From Longivirga aurantiaca (GTDB lineage Bacteria; Actinomycetota; Actinomycetes; S36-B12; CAIYMF01): a DNA stretch of 32,000 bases. The notes under the pieces were generated by a model that saw only the letters and a program-made list of their open reading frames with translations, did no database searches and had not been told where the DNA came from. A program made the translations under genes and the position numbers. The DNA lies in NCBI RefSeq assembly GCF_042660085.1, contig NZ_JBHSTI010000002.1, forward strand, positions 300,001 through 332,000, given 5' to 3'. Shown piece by piece: positions 11,025-20,342 of this stretch. Numbering within the stretch: the first letter of the stretch is position 1; every line of letters begins with the position of its first letter.

Positions 11025-12314
11025 TCAGGGCAGGTCGAGCTCGCTGAGATCCATCTCGGTCGTCTCCTCGAAGCGCACACCCATCGTGTCGCTCGGTGTG
11101 CCGAGCCGCTGGCCGAGCACGGCTTTCTCATCGGGCTTGTCGACGAGGACGGTGGCCACGTAGTCGGCCGCGGCCTCCCAGATCGTGACGTCGCGCTTCA
11201 GCCGCTCGCCCATGAACCACCGGTGCTCGAGGACCTCGTGGTAGATCTCGGCCGGCTCGAGCTTGCCGCGCAGGTCCGCCGGCACGACGCCCGTCACGGG
11301 CTCGAACCGCTCGGCCACCCAGCGGTGCGCGACGAGCTCCTCGGACTCGTCCGTGAGCGCCTCCTCGACGCGGTAGGTGTCGAGGTCGTTGAGGAGGCGG
11401 CGCGCCTGGTTCTCCTCGACGTCGAGGCCGGTGAGGCGCAGCAGGCGCCGCGAATGGTGGCCGACGTCGACGACCTTGGGCGTGACGCGCACGCAGTCGC
11501 CGGCCTCCTCCGACACGACCGAGAGCTCGGCGATGTCGAAGCCGAGGTCGTTGAGGCGGCGTACCCGTGCGTCGAGGGCGTGCCGGTCTCCGACGCTGAT
11601 CGACACCGGGCCGGTGACCTCCTTCCACAGCGTCTCGTAGCGCTGGCGCACGATGTGCGAGGTCGCGATGGGGTCGATGCTCGGGTGCAGGCGGCCCGAG
11701 GCCTCGACGTCGAGCAGCTCGCCGGCCACGTTGACCTCGGCGGTCTGGAGGTCATACTCGCGCTGGCCGTCCGAGAGCTTGTCGTGCAGCTCGCCGGTCT
11801 CGGCGTCGACGAGGTACGCCGCGAACGCGCCGGCGTCGCGGCGGAAGAGGGTGTTCGAGAGCGAGCAGTCGCGCCACACGAAGCCGACGAGGTGCAGACG
11901 CACGATGAGGACGGCGAGGGCGTCGATGAGCCGGTGCATCGTGTCGGGCCGCAGCGTCGTGGAGAACAGCGCGCGATAAGGGAGCGAGAACTGCAGGTGC
12001 CGCGTGATGATCGCGGCGGGCAGCTCCTCGCCCTCGGGCGTCGTACGGCCGGCGACGATGCCGACGGGGTCGACGCACGGGACGTCGCGGCGTCCGAGCT
12101 CGAAGAGCAGGTCGTACTCGTGCCGCGCGATCGGCTCGACCGTCTCCTTCACGGCGTACACCGCGCCGGCCAGCTTGACGAAGCGGACGATGTGGCGCGA
12201 GATGCCGCGGGGCAGGGCCACCAGCGTCGACTCAGGCCACTCCTCGAGCGGCACCTCCCACGGCAGGAACAGCAGGTCGTGCTCGCCCGCCGCAGCGGTC
12301 ACTCGCAGCGCCAT
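11025..12314 (-). CDS. DUF4032 domain-containing protein (kinase-like N-terminal fold)
   Basis: 429 aa; FVKLAGAVYAVKETVEPIARHEYDLLFELGRRDVPCVDPVGIV...LIVRLHLVGFVWRDCSLSNTLFRRDAGAFAAYLVDAETGELHDKLSDGQREYDL with HLVGFVWRDCSLSN resembling a catalytic loop. Confidence 0.88.
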   Translation of the reverse strand: MALRVTAAAGEHDLLFLPWEVPLEEWPESTLVALPRGISRHIVRFVKLAGAVYAVKETVEPIARHEYDLLFELGRRDVPCVDPVGIVAGRTTPEGEELPAAIITRHLQFSLPYRALFSTTLRPDTMHRLIDALAVLIVRLHLVGFVWRDCSLSNTLFRRDAGAFAAYLVDAETGELHDKLSDGQREYDLQTAEVNVAGELLDVEASGRLHPSIDPIATSHIVRQRYETLWKEVTGPVSISVGDRHALDARVRRLNDLGFDIAELSVVSEEAGDCVRVTPKVVDVGHHSRRLLRLTGLDVEENQARRLLNDLDTYRVEEALTDESEELVAHRWVAERFEPVTGVVPADLRGKLEPAEIYHEVLEHRWFMGERLKRDVTIWEAAADYVATVLVDKPDEKAVLGQRLGTPSDTMGVRFEETTEMDLSELDLP

Positions 12315-12463
12315 GCCGCTCCTCCCGCTGTGGCACGAAGGGGGCCTTCAGCGCGACTCGGTGATGGGTAGGAATGTTGCGCTCTGAGCAACGAAGGCCC
12401 CCTTCATCGCACAGGCGGAGGGGGTGGCGGCGCGAGTGCGCGGCCACCCCCTCCGGTGCTCGA

Positions 12464-13570
<1,107 letters not shown>

Positions 13571-13714
13571 AGCAGAGCCAAACCCTTCACCGGCAGGAAC
13601 GTGCCGGACGATCCGTAGTGGAAGGACGCCGGACTACTGCCCGGCACCGCGAGAGTAACCGGTTGCGGCGCGCTCCGGTAGGCCTTCGCGGGGATGCCGC
13701 CGACGGGTGGGGCG

Positions 13715-14488
13715 CTAGGAGCGGGCGAGCCAGGCCGCGCGCTCGGTGGCGAGGAGTGCCAGCGCGTCGGCGACCACGTGGGGGTCGGGCACCCGGTGCT
13801 CGGCCCCGGTCACGCCCGGACCCACCTTGACGCCGACGTCGCCGGGGAGCAGGCGCTCGAACGCCGTCTCGTCGGTGAGGTCGTCGCCCAGGAACACGGT
13901 CGCGGTCGCGGTCGCACGGCGGCGCAGCACCTCGAGCGCAGCACCCTTGTCGGCGCTCACCACCGAGAGCTCGAGCACCTCCTTGCCGGCGAGGGCGACG
14001 ACCCCGGGGAGCTGCGCGGGCCCGGCGCGCAGGGCGTCGAGCACCCGGGCCGCGTCGGTGCGGGCGGCTGCCCGGACGTGCACGGCGACACCTGCGGGCT
14101 TGGGCTCGAGGTCGACCCCGTCGACGCCCGCGGTGACCGACCGCACCGCGTCGATCAACGCGTCGCGGCGGGCCACGACGTCATGGTCGGGCTCGTCGTC
14201 GCCGAGCTCCGCCCCGTGGCTCCCGACGAGCAGCACGCCCTCCGGGAGGTGGCCGACGTCCGCGAGGTCGCGCAGGGCCCGGCCTGACACGACGGCGACC
14301 GTCGTGTCGCGCAGAGCGGTGAGCAGGCCGAGCGCGTCGAGCGAGGGGGTAAGGGCGCGGGCGTCGTCGCGATGGGCGACGATCGGCGCGAGCGTGCCGT
14401 CGAAGTCGCACGCGACGAGCAGGTGAGCCGCGCGGGACGCCGTGCTTAGGGCCTCACGCAGCAGCGGCTCGACCGCGCCGGTGCTCAT
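13715..14488 (-). CDS. otsB: Trehalose-6-phosphate phosphatase
   Basis: MSTGAVEPLLREALSTASRAAHLLVACDFDGTLAPIVAHRDDARALTPSL...LLVGSHGAELGDDEPD...LELSVVSADKGAALEVLR...TVFLGDDLTDETAFERL (HAD motifs); embedded in the 13715..15094 ORF, ATG at 14488. Confidence 0.94.
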   Translation of the reverse strand: MSTGAVEPLLREALSTASRAAHLLVACDFDGTLAPIVAHRDDARALTPSLDALGLLTALRDTTVAVVSGRALRDLADVGHLPEGVLLVGSHGAELGDDEPDHDVVARRDALIDAVRSVTAGVDGVDLEPKPAGVAVHVRAAARTDAARVLDALRAGPAQLPGVVALAGKEVLELSVVSADKGAALEVLRRRATATATVFLGDDLTDETAFERLLPGDVGVKVGPGVTGAEHRVPDPHVVADALALLATERAAWLARS

Positions 14489-15942
14489 CGGTTCTGCTCC
14501 GACTCCTCGAGCGCGTCGAGGAACGACGCCGCCCATCGTGCGACGTCGTGCTCGAAGAGGTGCTCGCGCATGGCCTTCATGCGCATCGAGAGGTCGGCCG
14601 GGTCGTCGCGCATCGCGTCGACGAGCGCCTGCTTCACGCCCTCGGCGTCGTACGGGTTCACGAGGAACGCGTCGGTCAGCTCGACCGCGGCCCCCGCGAA
14701 CTCCGACAGCACGAGCGCCCCGGTGCCGTCGGTGCGGGACGCGACGTACTCCTTGCACACGAGGTTCATCCCGTCGCGGTACGGCGTCACGAGCATGACG
14801 TCGGCCGCGAGGTAGAACGACACGAGCGTCTCGCGGTCGAACGGCTGGTGCAGGTACTGGATGGGCGGCGCACCGATGAGGCCGTGGTCGCCGAGGGCTC
14901 GGCCGACCATCAGCTCGATCTCGTCGCGCAGGCGCTGGTAGTCCTCGACGTTCTCGCGGCTCGGGGTCGCGATCTGCACGAAGACGGCCTCGCCGGGCTC
15001 GATCGTGCCGCCCTCGAGCAGCTCGGTGAAGGCCTTGAGGCGTACGTCGATGCCCTTGGTGTAGTCGAGGCGGTCGACGCCGAGGATGACCCACCGCGGG
15101 TTGCCGAGCTTCTCCCGGATCTCGATCGCGCGGTCATGGATCTCGGCCGTGCGCGCCATGGCGTCGTACTCGCGCGTGTCGATGGAGATCGGGAAAGCGC
15201 CGACCGTCACGCGCCGTACGCCGGAGGCACGGGAGGAGTCGGGCACGTCGACGCCGGTCTCGTCGAAGTCGAGACCGAGCAGGCGGCCGGTGATGCGCAG
15301 GAAGTTCGCCGCGCCTCCGGGCGTGTGGAAGCCGACGAGGTCCGAGCCCAGCAGGCCCTCGATGATCTGCTTGCGCCACGGCAGCTGCAGGAACAGCTCC
15401 TCGGGCGGGAACGGGATGTGCAGGAAGAAGCCGATGCGCAGATCGGGGCGCATCTCGCGCAGCATCTGCGGGACGAGCTGCAGCTGGTAGTCGTGCACCC
15501 ACACCGTGGCACCCTCGGCGGCCAGCTCGGCGGCACGGCGCGCGAAGCGGCGGTTGACCGCGACGTACGGCTCCCAGTGGTGGCGGTGGTAGACCGGCGT
15601 GGCGATGGCGTCGTGGTATAGCGGCCAGATCGTGGAGTTGCTGAAGCCCTCGTAGAAGCCCTCGAGCTCGTCGCGGCCGAGCTCGACCTCGGACAGCGCG
15701 CACGGGCCGACGTCGTCGGGCAGGGGCTCGAGCTCGCGGCCGAGGTCCTCGGTGGAGTACGGGTCGGGCGCGAACCGACCGGACCACCCGATCCACACGG
15801 CGTCGTGCTCGCGGAGCACGGGCTCGAGCGCGCTGACGAGGCCACCGGGGGAGCGGTTCCAGGCGGTGGTGCCGTCCGCATGCTCCTCCGCCGACACCGG
15901 CAACCGGTTGGCGATCACGAGCAGGTCATGGGAGGCGGTCAT
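14485..15942 (-). CDS. otsA: alpha,alpha-trehalose-phosphate synthase (UDP-forming)
   Basis: 485 aa; LLVIANRLPVSAEEHADGTTAWNRSPGGLVSALEPVLREHDAVWIGWSG...VWVHDYQLQLVPQMLREMRPDLRIGFFLHIPFPPEELFLQLPWR...DRLDYTKGIDVRLKAF...NLVCKEYVA; 4-bp ATGA overlap with otsB. Confidence 0.97.
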   Translation of the reverse strand: MTASHDLLVIANRLPVSAEEHADGTTAWNRSPGGLVSALEPVLREHDAVWIGWSGRFAPDPYSTEDLGRELEPLPDDVGPCALSEVELGRDELEGFYEGFSNSTIWPLYHDAIATPVYHRHHWEPYVAVNRRFARRAAELAAEGATVWVHDYQLQLVPQMLREMRPDLRIGFFLHIPFPPEELFLQLPWRKQIIEGLLGSDLVGFHTPGGAANFLRITGRLLGLDFDETGVDVPDSSRASGVRRVTVGAFPISIDTREYDAMARTAEIHDRAIEIREKLGNPRWVILGVDRLDYTKGIDVRLKAFTELLEGGTIEPGEAVFVQIATPSRENVEDYQRLRDEIELMVGRALGDHGLIGAPPIQYLHQPFDRETLVSFYLAADVMLVTPYRDGMNLVCKEYVASRTDGTGALVLSEFAGAAVELTDAFLVNPYDAEGVKQALVDAMRDDPADLSMRMKAMREHLFEHDVARWAASFLDALEESEQNR

Positions 15943-16050
15943 CTCATGACCGTAGATGCTCCGCGCACGGCGTGGTCAAACCTCGAGGTGCCCGCTGAGC
16001 GGGCGGGTGTGGGATGTCCCACGATCACGTCACGCTGCGTGCACCCGCGT

Positions 16051-17295
16051 TCACCCGAGTGCCTCGAGCAGCGCCCGCAGCGAGGCGATGCCGTCGTGGA
16101 CGTCGGTGAAGCGCGTGGTCAGCGGCGCGAGGCCGACCCGGACGCCGTCGGGGTGGCGGAAGTCGGGGATCACGCCGCGGTCGGTGAGCGCCTGCGTCAG
16201 CGCGAGCGCATCCGGGTGCCGGAGCGTCACGTGCGCCCCGCGCTGGGACGGGTCGCGCGGTGTCGCGACCTCGACGCCGAACGGCGCGAGCCACGAGTCG
16301 GCCAGGTCGATGCAGTACGACGTCAGCGCGGTCGACTTCGCCCGCACGGCGTCCATGCCGGCCTCCTCGAGCAGCGCGACGCCGGCGTCCACCGCGGCCA
16401 GCGCGATCGCGGACGGCGTACCGGTCATGAACCGGCGGATGCCGGGCGCGGGGGCGTAGTCGCCGGTCATGGCGAAGACGTCCTCGTGCCCCATCCATCC
16501 CGGGATCGGGTTGGTCATCGAGCCGTGGTGCCGCGGTGCGGCCCAGATCCACGCGGGTGCACCCGGGCCGCCGTTGATGAACTTGTACGAGCACCCGACG
16601 GCGAAGTCGGCGCCGGATCCCGGGAGGTCGAGCGGGACCGACCCGCCCGCGTGCGAGCAGTCCCAGACGACGAGGGCTCCCTCGTCGTGCACCGCGCGCG
16701 TGATGGCCCCGATGTCGGCGAGCGCGGCCGACCGGTAGTCGACGACGGACAGCAGCACGACGGCCACGTCGTCGTGCAGCGCCGCCGCGACGTCGTTCGC
16801 CGTCACCGGCGAGACCGGGAACGGCACCGACGGATCCAGCGGGCCCAGCCACTTCACCGAGCCGCTGCGCGATCGTGCGACCTCGGCGGCCACGTAGCGG
16901 TCGGTGGGGAACTCGCCGCGGTGCGCGACGACGGTGGACCGGTCGGGCCGCATCGACATCGCCGCGCCGAGCACCTTGTAGAGGTTGACCGTGGTGTTGT
17001 CGCAGACGACCGTCTCGCCCGGCCCTGCGCCGAGCAGAGCCGCGCCCAGCCGGTCCCCGACCTCGAACGGCCGGTCCATCCAGCCCTCGCTCCACGAGCG
17101 GATGAGCCGGTCGCCCCACTCGCCGTGGACGACCGTGGAGATGCGGTCGGCCGTCGCGGCGGGCAGCCGGCCGAGCGAGTTGCCGTCGAGGTACACGACC
17201 GCCGGGTCGGGGATCTCGAACCGGAGCCGGAACCCGGCGAGCGGGTCAGAGCCGTCGAGGCTCTCGGCGTACGTGCGCGACGTGGCTTCGGTCAT
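16051..17295 (-). CDS. kynU: Kynureninase (PLP-dependent)
   Basis: VVYLDGNSLGRLPAAT...IRSWSEGWMDRPFEVGDRLG...VVCDNTTVNLYKVLGAAMSMRP...VVWDCSHAGGSVPLDLPGSGADFAVGCSYKFINGGPGAPAWIW. Confidence 0.94.
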   Translation of the reverse strand: MTEATSRTYAESLDGSDPLAGFRLRFEIPDPAVVYLDGNSLGRLPAATADRISTVVHGEWGDRLIRSWSEGWMDRPFEVGDRLGAALLGAGPGETVVCDNTTVNLYKVLGAAMSMRPDRSTVVAHRGEFPTDRYVAAEVARSRSGSVKWLGPLDPSVPFPVSPVTANDVAAALHDDVAVVLLSVVDYRSAALADIGAITRAVHDEGALVVWDCSHAGGSVPLDLPGSGADFAVGCSYKFINGGPGAPAWIWAAPRHHGSMTNPIPGWMGHEDVFAMTGDYAPAPGIRRFMTGTPSAIALAAVDAGVALLEEAGMDAVRAKSTALTSYCIDLADSWLAPFGVEVATPRDPSQRGAHVTLRHPDALALTQALTDRGVIPDFRHPDGVRVGLAPLTTRFTDVHDGIASLRALLEALG

Positions 17296-17334
17296 GGGCA
17301 GAGGCTGCCACGAACGCGCCGCCCACGTACGACG

Positions 17335-18059
17335 TCAGCCGATGGCGCCCGAGGCGCCGTCGGACCGCGGTGCCGCCGGCTTCGCCGGGCGCAGAGGCAT
17401 CCCTGCCGAGCCGACGACCTTCTCGCCCGGAAGCGCGAGCACCCGGCGCGCGACGAGGAACGTGTGCGAGCCCTCGTTGGGGAAGCCCCAGAAGCGCTCG
17501 ACCTTCGCGACGTCGCCGCAGGAGTTGGTGTGCAGCATCCACTCGGCGCCGGACGTGTCGGCGCCGAGGTACATCACGACGTGCTTGTAGGGGCAGCCGC
17601 CCTGCGGGCACGTGTCGTAGAGGACGAGGTCGCCGGGGCGCAGCGCGGTGGGTGAGACCTTCGCGTAGTGCGGGTCGAGCGTGACCCGTCCCACGGCACC
17701 ATGTTGCGCGTGGACGGCGCCCACGTGTCGCCGGCCGTGGCCAGGCCCGCGCCCTCGGCGTACGCGCGGGAGACGAACGACGAGCAGTCGGCGCGGAACG
17801 GCAGCATGCGGCCCGCCCCGCCGCAGGCGTACGCCGCACCGAGGTGCTGGAACGCCCAGGTCACCGCGAGAGCGGCCTGCGGCGTCGCCGCCTCCGTGAT
17901 CGCCGTGGCGCACAGGGCCGCCGCGCCGACGAGCTCCGCGCCGTCGCGAAGCGTCGCCGGGACGTCGGCGGTCGGGCAGCCCTCAGGGCCGACCTGGACC
18001 TGCGGCGCGACGAGGCCGAGCCGTGACAGCTGCGCCTCGGCCCGCCGCTCGCCGTCCGC
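17335..18059 (-). pseudogene. NlpC/P60-family peptidoglycan hydrolase, frameshifted and 5'-truncated
   Basis: Frame A (about 17685-18059) reads ADGERRAEAQLSRLGLVAPQVQVGPEGCPTADVPATLRDGAELVGAAALCATAITEAATPQAALAVTWAFQHLGAAYACGGAGRMLPFRADCSSFVSRAYAEGAGLATAGDTWAPSTRNMVPWDG. Homology continues in another frame (17335 to about 17690): RVTLDPHYAKVSPTALRPGDLVLYDTCPQGGCPYKHVVMYLGADTSGAEWMLHTNSCGD. A TGA (18060-18062) lies just upstream of the homologous region, with no ATG/GTG until 17864 and no signal peptide. Confidence 0.75.
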
Positions 18060-18105
18060 TCATCCGTCGTCCCCCGGCCTCGCGCCGCCTCGCGGGACGA
18101 CGAGT

Positions 18106-18762
18106 TCACAGATCCCGCGACGGGCGAGGGGGCAGGAGGCCGTCGAGAAGGGCGGCGAGGCCGTGGTCGAACTGCGTGTCCGTGACCCAGTCGGTGCGGG
18201 CGAGGTCGGTCTGGGCCGCGAGCATGTCCTCGCTCGGGGTCGCGCGTTCGGCGTACCCGCCGAGCGAGCCCGGGAACGCGCCGTCGACCCGGCGGGGTGC
18301 GGCGAACACCCCGAAGCCGAGCGCGTAGATCGAGACGGCGTCCCACGCGCGGGTGGCGTCGTCGACGGAGAGGCCGAGCTGCACGAAGGCGCTCAGCGCG
18401 CGCTCGCCCATGCGGTACGCCGCCGGCGTGAGCGAGGGCCGCAGGACGAGGGCCGGGACGAGCGCGGGGTTGTCGACGACCTGGTCGCGGATCCCCCGTG
18501 CGAGGCGCTCGAGCGCAGAGCGCGGCGCGACGCGCGGGCCCGGGATCGGCACCCGTGCGGTGAGCAGGTCGAGCAGCCCGTCGAGCAGGTCGTCCTTGTC
18601 CTGCACGTGGCGGTAGAGCGCCATCGGCACGACGCCGAGACGCTGCGACAGCGCCCGCATCGACAGGCCGTCGGTGCCCTCGGCGCGGATGAGCTCCCAC
18701 GCCTCGTCGAGCACGCGCTCGCGGGTCAGCGTCTGCCGCGGCTTCTTCGGGTCGCTTGACAT
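18106..18762 (-). CDS. TetR/AcrR family transcriptional regulator
   Basis: MSSDPKKPRQTLTRERVLDEAWELIRAEGTDGLSMRALSQRLGVVPMALYRHVQDKDDLLDGLLDLL, a TetR N-terminal HTH with alternative TetR C-terminal domain; start could be upstream (ORF open to 18813). Confidence 0.93.
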   Translation of the reverse strand: MSSDPKKPRQTLTRERVLDEAWELIRAEGTDGLSMRALSQRLGVVPMALYRHVQDKDDLLDGLLDLLTARVPIPGPRVAPRSALERLARGIRDQVVDNPALVPALVLRPSLTPAAYRMGERALSAFVQLGLSVDDATRAWDAVSIYALGFGVFAAPRRVDGAFPGSLGGYAERATPSEDMLAAQTDLARTDWVTDTQFDHGLAALLDGLLPPRPSRDL

Positions 18763-18777
18763 GTGTACACCGTACAC
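18763..18777. promoter_or_regulatory. Putative TetR operator O1
   Basis: Palindrome GTGTAC-ACC-GTACAC immediately 5' of the tetR ATG, in the divergent intergenic region. Confidence 0.7.
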
Positions 18778-18798
18778 TCCACACTCGCTCCTGTGAAT

Positions 18799-18813
18799 GT
18801 GTACGCCGTACAC
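18799..18813. promoter_or_regulatory. Putative TetR operator O2
   Basis: Palindrome GTGTAC-GCC-GTACAC, same half-sites as O1, centre-to-centre distance 36 bp. Confidence 0.7.
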
Positions 18814-18837
18814 ATCGGACTCAAGGAGCTCGTCGTC

Positions 18838-19365
18838 ATGGTCAGCAAGCCCTGGCTCTTCGCCCTCACGTTCCTCGCCTTCCCGCCTGCGGGGCTCCTC
18901 GCCCGCGCCGTGGTGGGACCTGTCGACTCGGTCACCGCCGGCCTCGTCGGGGGTGCGATCGTCGGGCTGGTCGTCGGTGCCGCGCAGTGGCTCGTCCTGC
19001 GGACGGTCGTCTCTGCCTGGTGGATCGCGGCCACGACGGCGGCGGTGGGCATCGGCCTCGCCGTCACCGCCGGGCTCGGCCTCGTGAGCACCGACCGATC
19101 CGACCTGCTCGCCATCGGCCTCGTCACCGGCGTGCTGGTCGGAGCCGCGCAGGCCCTGGTCCTGCCGGCCCGGCTGCGCGTGGCCTGGGGCGCTGCCGTG
19201 GCCGTGCTCTGGCCGCTGGCGTGGCAGGTGACCGCGCTCGTCGGCGTCGACCTCACCCAGGGCTGGGCGGTCTTCGGCGCCTCGGGCGCGCTGGTCTACT
19301 CGGCGTCGCTCGCCGGCCTCCTCGCGCTCGCCGGCCGCCGCATGGCCGTCGAGGCGACGGCATGA
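18838..19365 (+). CDS. Integral membrane protein of unknown function
   Basis: ATG at 18838 preceded by aaggag; MVSKPWLFALTFLAFPPAGLLARAVVGPVDSVTAGLVGGAIVGLVVGAAQWLVLRTVV..., multiple TM helices. Confidence 0.85.
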   Translation: MVSKPWLFALTFLAFPPAGLLARAVVGPVDSVTAGLVGGAIVGLVVGAAQWLVLRTVVSAWWIAATTAAVGIGLAVTAGLGLVSTDRSDLLAIGLVTGVLVGAAQALVLPARLRVAWGAAVAVLWPLAWQVTALVGVDLTQGWAVFGASGALVYSASLAGLLALAGRRMAVEATA

Positions 19366-20036
19366 GCGCCGCGGTCGTCCTCCTCGTCGCCGTACCGATC
19401 CTGTTCAACGCGGCCTTCGCCGAGCTCGGACGCACGTTCTCCTACCCCGATGTCCTGCGCCGTCCCGCCGCCGAGGTGATGGAGCGCGTGCGCGCCGGTG
19501 GATCGGCGCTCGCCCTGCGGTGGTGGGCCTTCCTGCTGTCGGCGCTGCTCATGGTGCCGCTGGCGGTCCTCACCACCGACGCCGTCGGACTGCGCGGGGG
19601 ATTCGCGCAGCTCGTGACCACCGTCGGCGTGCTCGCCGCCGTCGTGCAGGTGCTCGGCCTCGTGCGCTGGGTGCAGGTCGTGCCGTGGCTCGCGGCCCGG
19701 CACGAGTCCGCGGACGACGCGGGCAAGGCCGTCCTCGAGTCCGAGCTCGCCCTGCTCAACCGTCTTCTCGGAGTCGCGGTCGGTGAGCACCTCGGCTATC
19801 TGCTGACGGGCGCCTGGACGGCGTTGCTCGGCCTCGGCCTGCTGTCGACGTCGCTCCCCGTCGCCCTCGGTGTCGCAGGCATCGCCCTCGGCGTGCTGCT
19901 CGTGCTGTGCTCGCTGGAGTTCGTCGCTCGTCCCGGCGAGCACGGATGGCGCGCAGCCGAGGCGGCTACGCCCTTCGTCTACATCGCGTGGTCGGTATGG
20001 CTCGTCGCCCTCGGGGTCCTGCTCGCCCTGGCCTGA
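19362..20036 (+). CDS. DUF4386-like integral membrane protein
   Basis: ATGA overlap with the previous gene; MSAAVVLLVAVPILFNAAFAELGRTFSYPDVLRRPAAEVMERVRAGGSALALRWWAFLLSALLMVPLAVL..., polytopic. Confidence 0.82.
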   Translation: MSAAVVLLVAVPILFNAAFAELGRTFSYPDVLRRPAAEVMERVRAGGSALALRWWAFLLSALLMVPLAVLTTDAVGLRGGFAQLVTTVGVLAAVVQVLGLVRWVQVVPWLAARHESADDAGKAVLESELALLNRLLGVAVGEHLGYLLTGAWTALLGLGLLSTSLPVALGVAGIALGVLLVLCSLEFVARPGEHGWRAAEAATPFVYIAWSVWLVALGVLLALA

Positions 20037-20094
20037 GGCGGGCGAGCCGTCGGGTGCCGCTCGACTACCCTGGTCCGGCGCCCGACGGGCGCAG

Positions 20095-20167
20095 GCCGGC
20101 GTGGCGCAACTGGCAGCGCACCGCTCTTGTAAAGCGGTGGTTAGGGGTTCGAGTCCCCTCGCCGGCT
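20095..20167 (+). tRNA. tRNA-Thr, anticodon TGT
   Basis: 73 nt cloverleaf: acceptor GCCGGCG/CGCCGGC plus T discriminator, D arm GCGC...GCGC, anticodon arm CCGCT-CTTGTAA-AGCGG, T arm GGGG-TTCGAGT-CCCC; CCA not encoded. Confidence 0.96.
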
Positions 20168-20176
20168 CACGTGTGA

Positions 20177-20211
20177 AGTCCCGGGACATCGTTAACGGAT
20201 GTCCCGGGACT
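20177..20211. repeat. Inverted repeat immediately 3' of tRNA-Thr (terminator and/or IS end)
   Basis: agtcccgggacatc (20177-20190) / gatgtcccgggact (20198-20211), perfect 14-bp arms, loop gttaacg. Confidence 0.85.
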
Positions 20212-20342
20212 CTGTTTGTCTCGGGGGTGTCTTCTTCCTGACTCCGCCGCGTTGCGGGCTGCCGGGCGCTGGTCCGGGTTTGCGTCCCAGGGGCTGGTAG
20301 TCCCGGTCGGGGTCGAGGGTGAGCTCGCGCAGGATCTCAGCG
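20177..20342 (-). mobile_element. Remnant: 3' end of an IS481-like (integrase-core) transposase gene plus IS end
   Basis: Minus strand reads AEILRELTLDPDRDYQPLGRKPGPAPGSPQRGGVRKKTPPRQTESRDIR*, matching the (TGE)LLRELTLDPTRDYQPxG C-terminal signature of actinobacterial IS481-like transposases; followed by gttaacgatgtcccgggact. The rest of the transposase is absent. Confidence 0.6.

Noticed and set aside
15805-17655. 616-aa plus-strand ORF (and similar: 12374..13618, 10869..12371, 27263..29158, 29344..30588)
   Set aside because: Each lies opposite a well-supported gene (otsA/kynU, ugpC, DUF4032, LytR_C/DUF3263, gpgS), with Arg/Ala/Gly/His-rich composition typical of mirror ORFs in high-GC DNA.
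18763-18837. Extending both divergent proteins to the earliest Met (MYGVHIHRSECGVYGVH... and MYTVHSTLAPVNVYAVH...)
   Set aside because: These extensions are translations of the operator palindromes; ATG 18838 has a good Shine-Dalgarno, and TetR family similarity starts near MSSDPKK. The exact tetR start remains uncertain.
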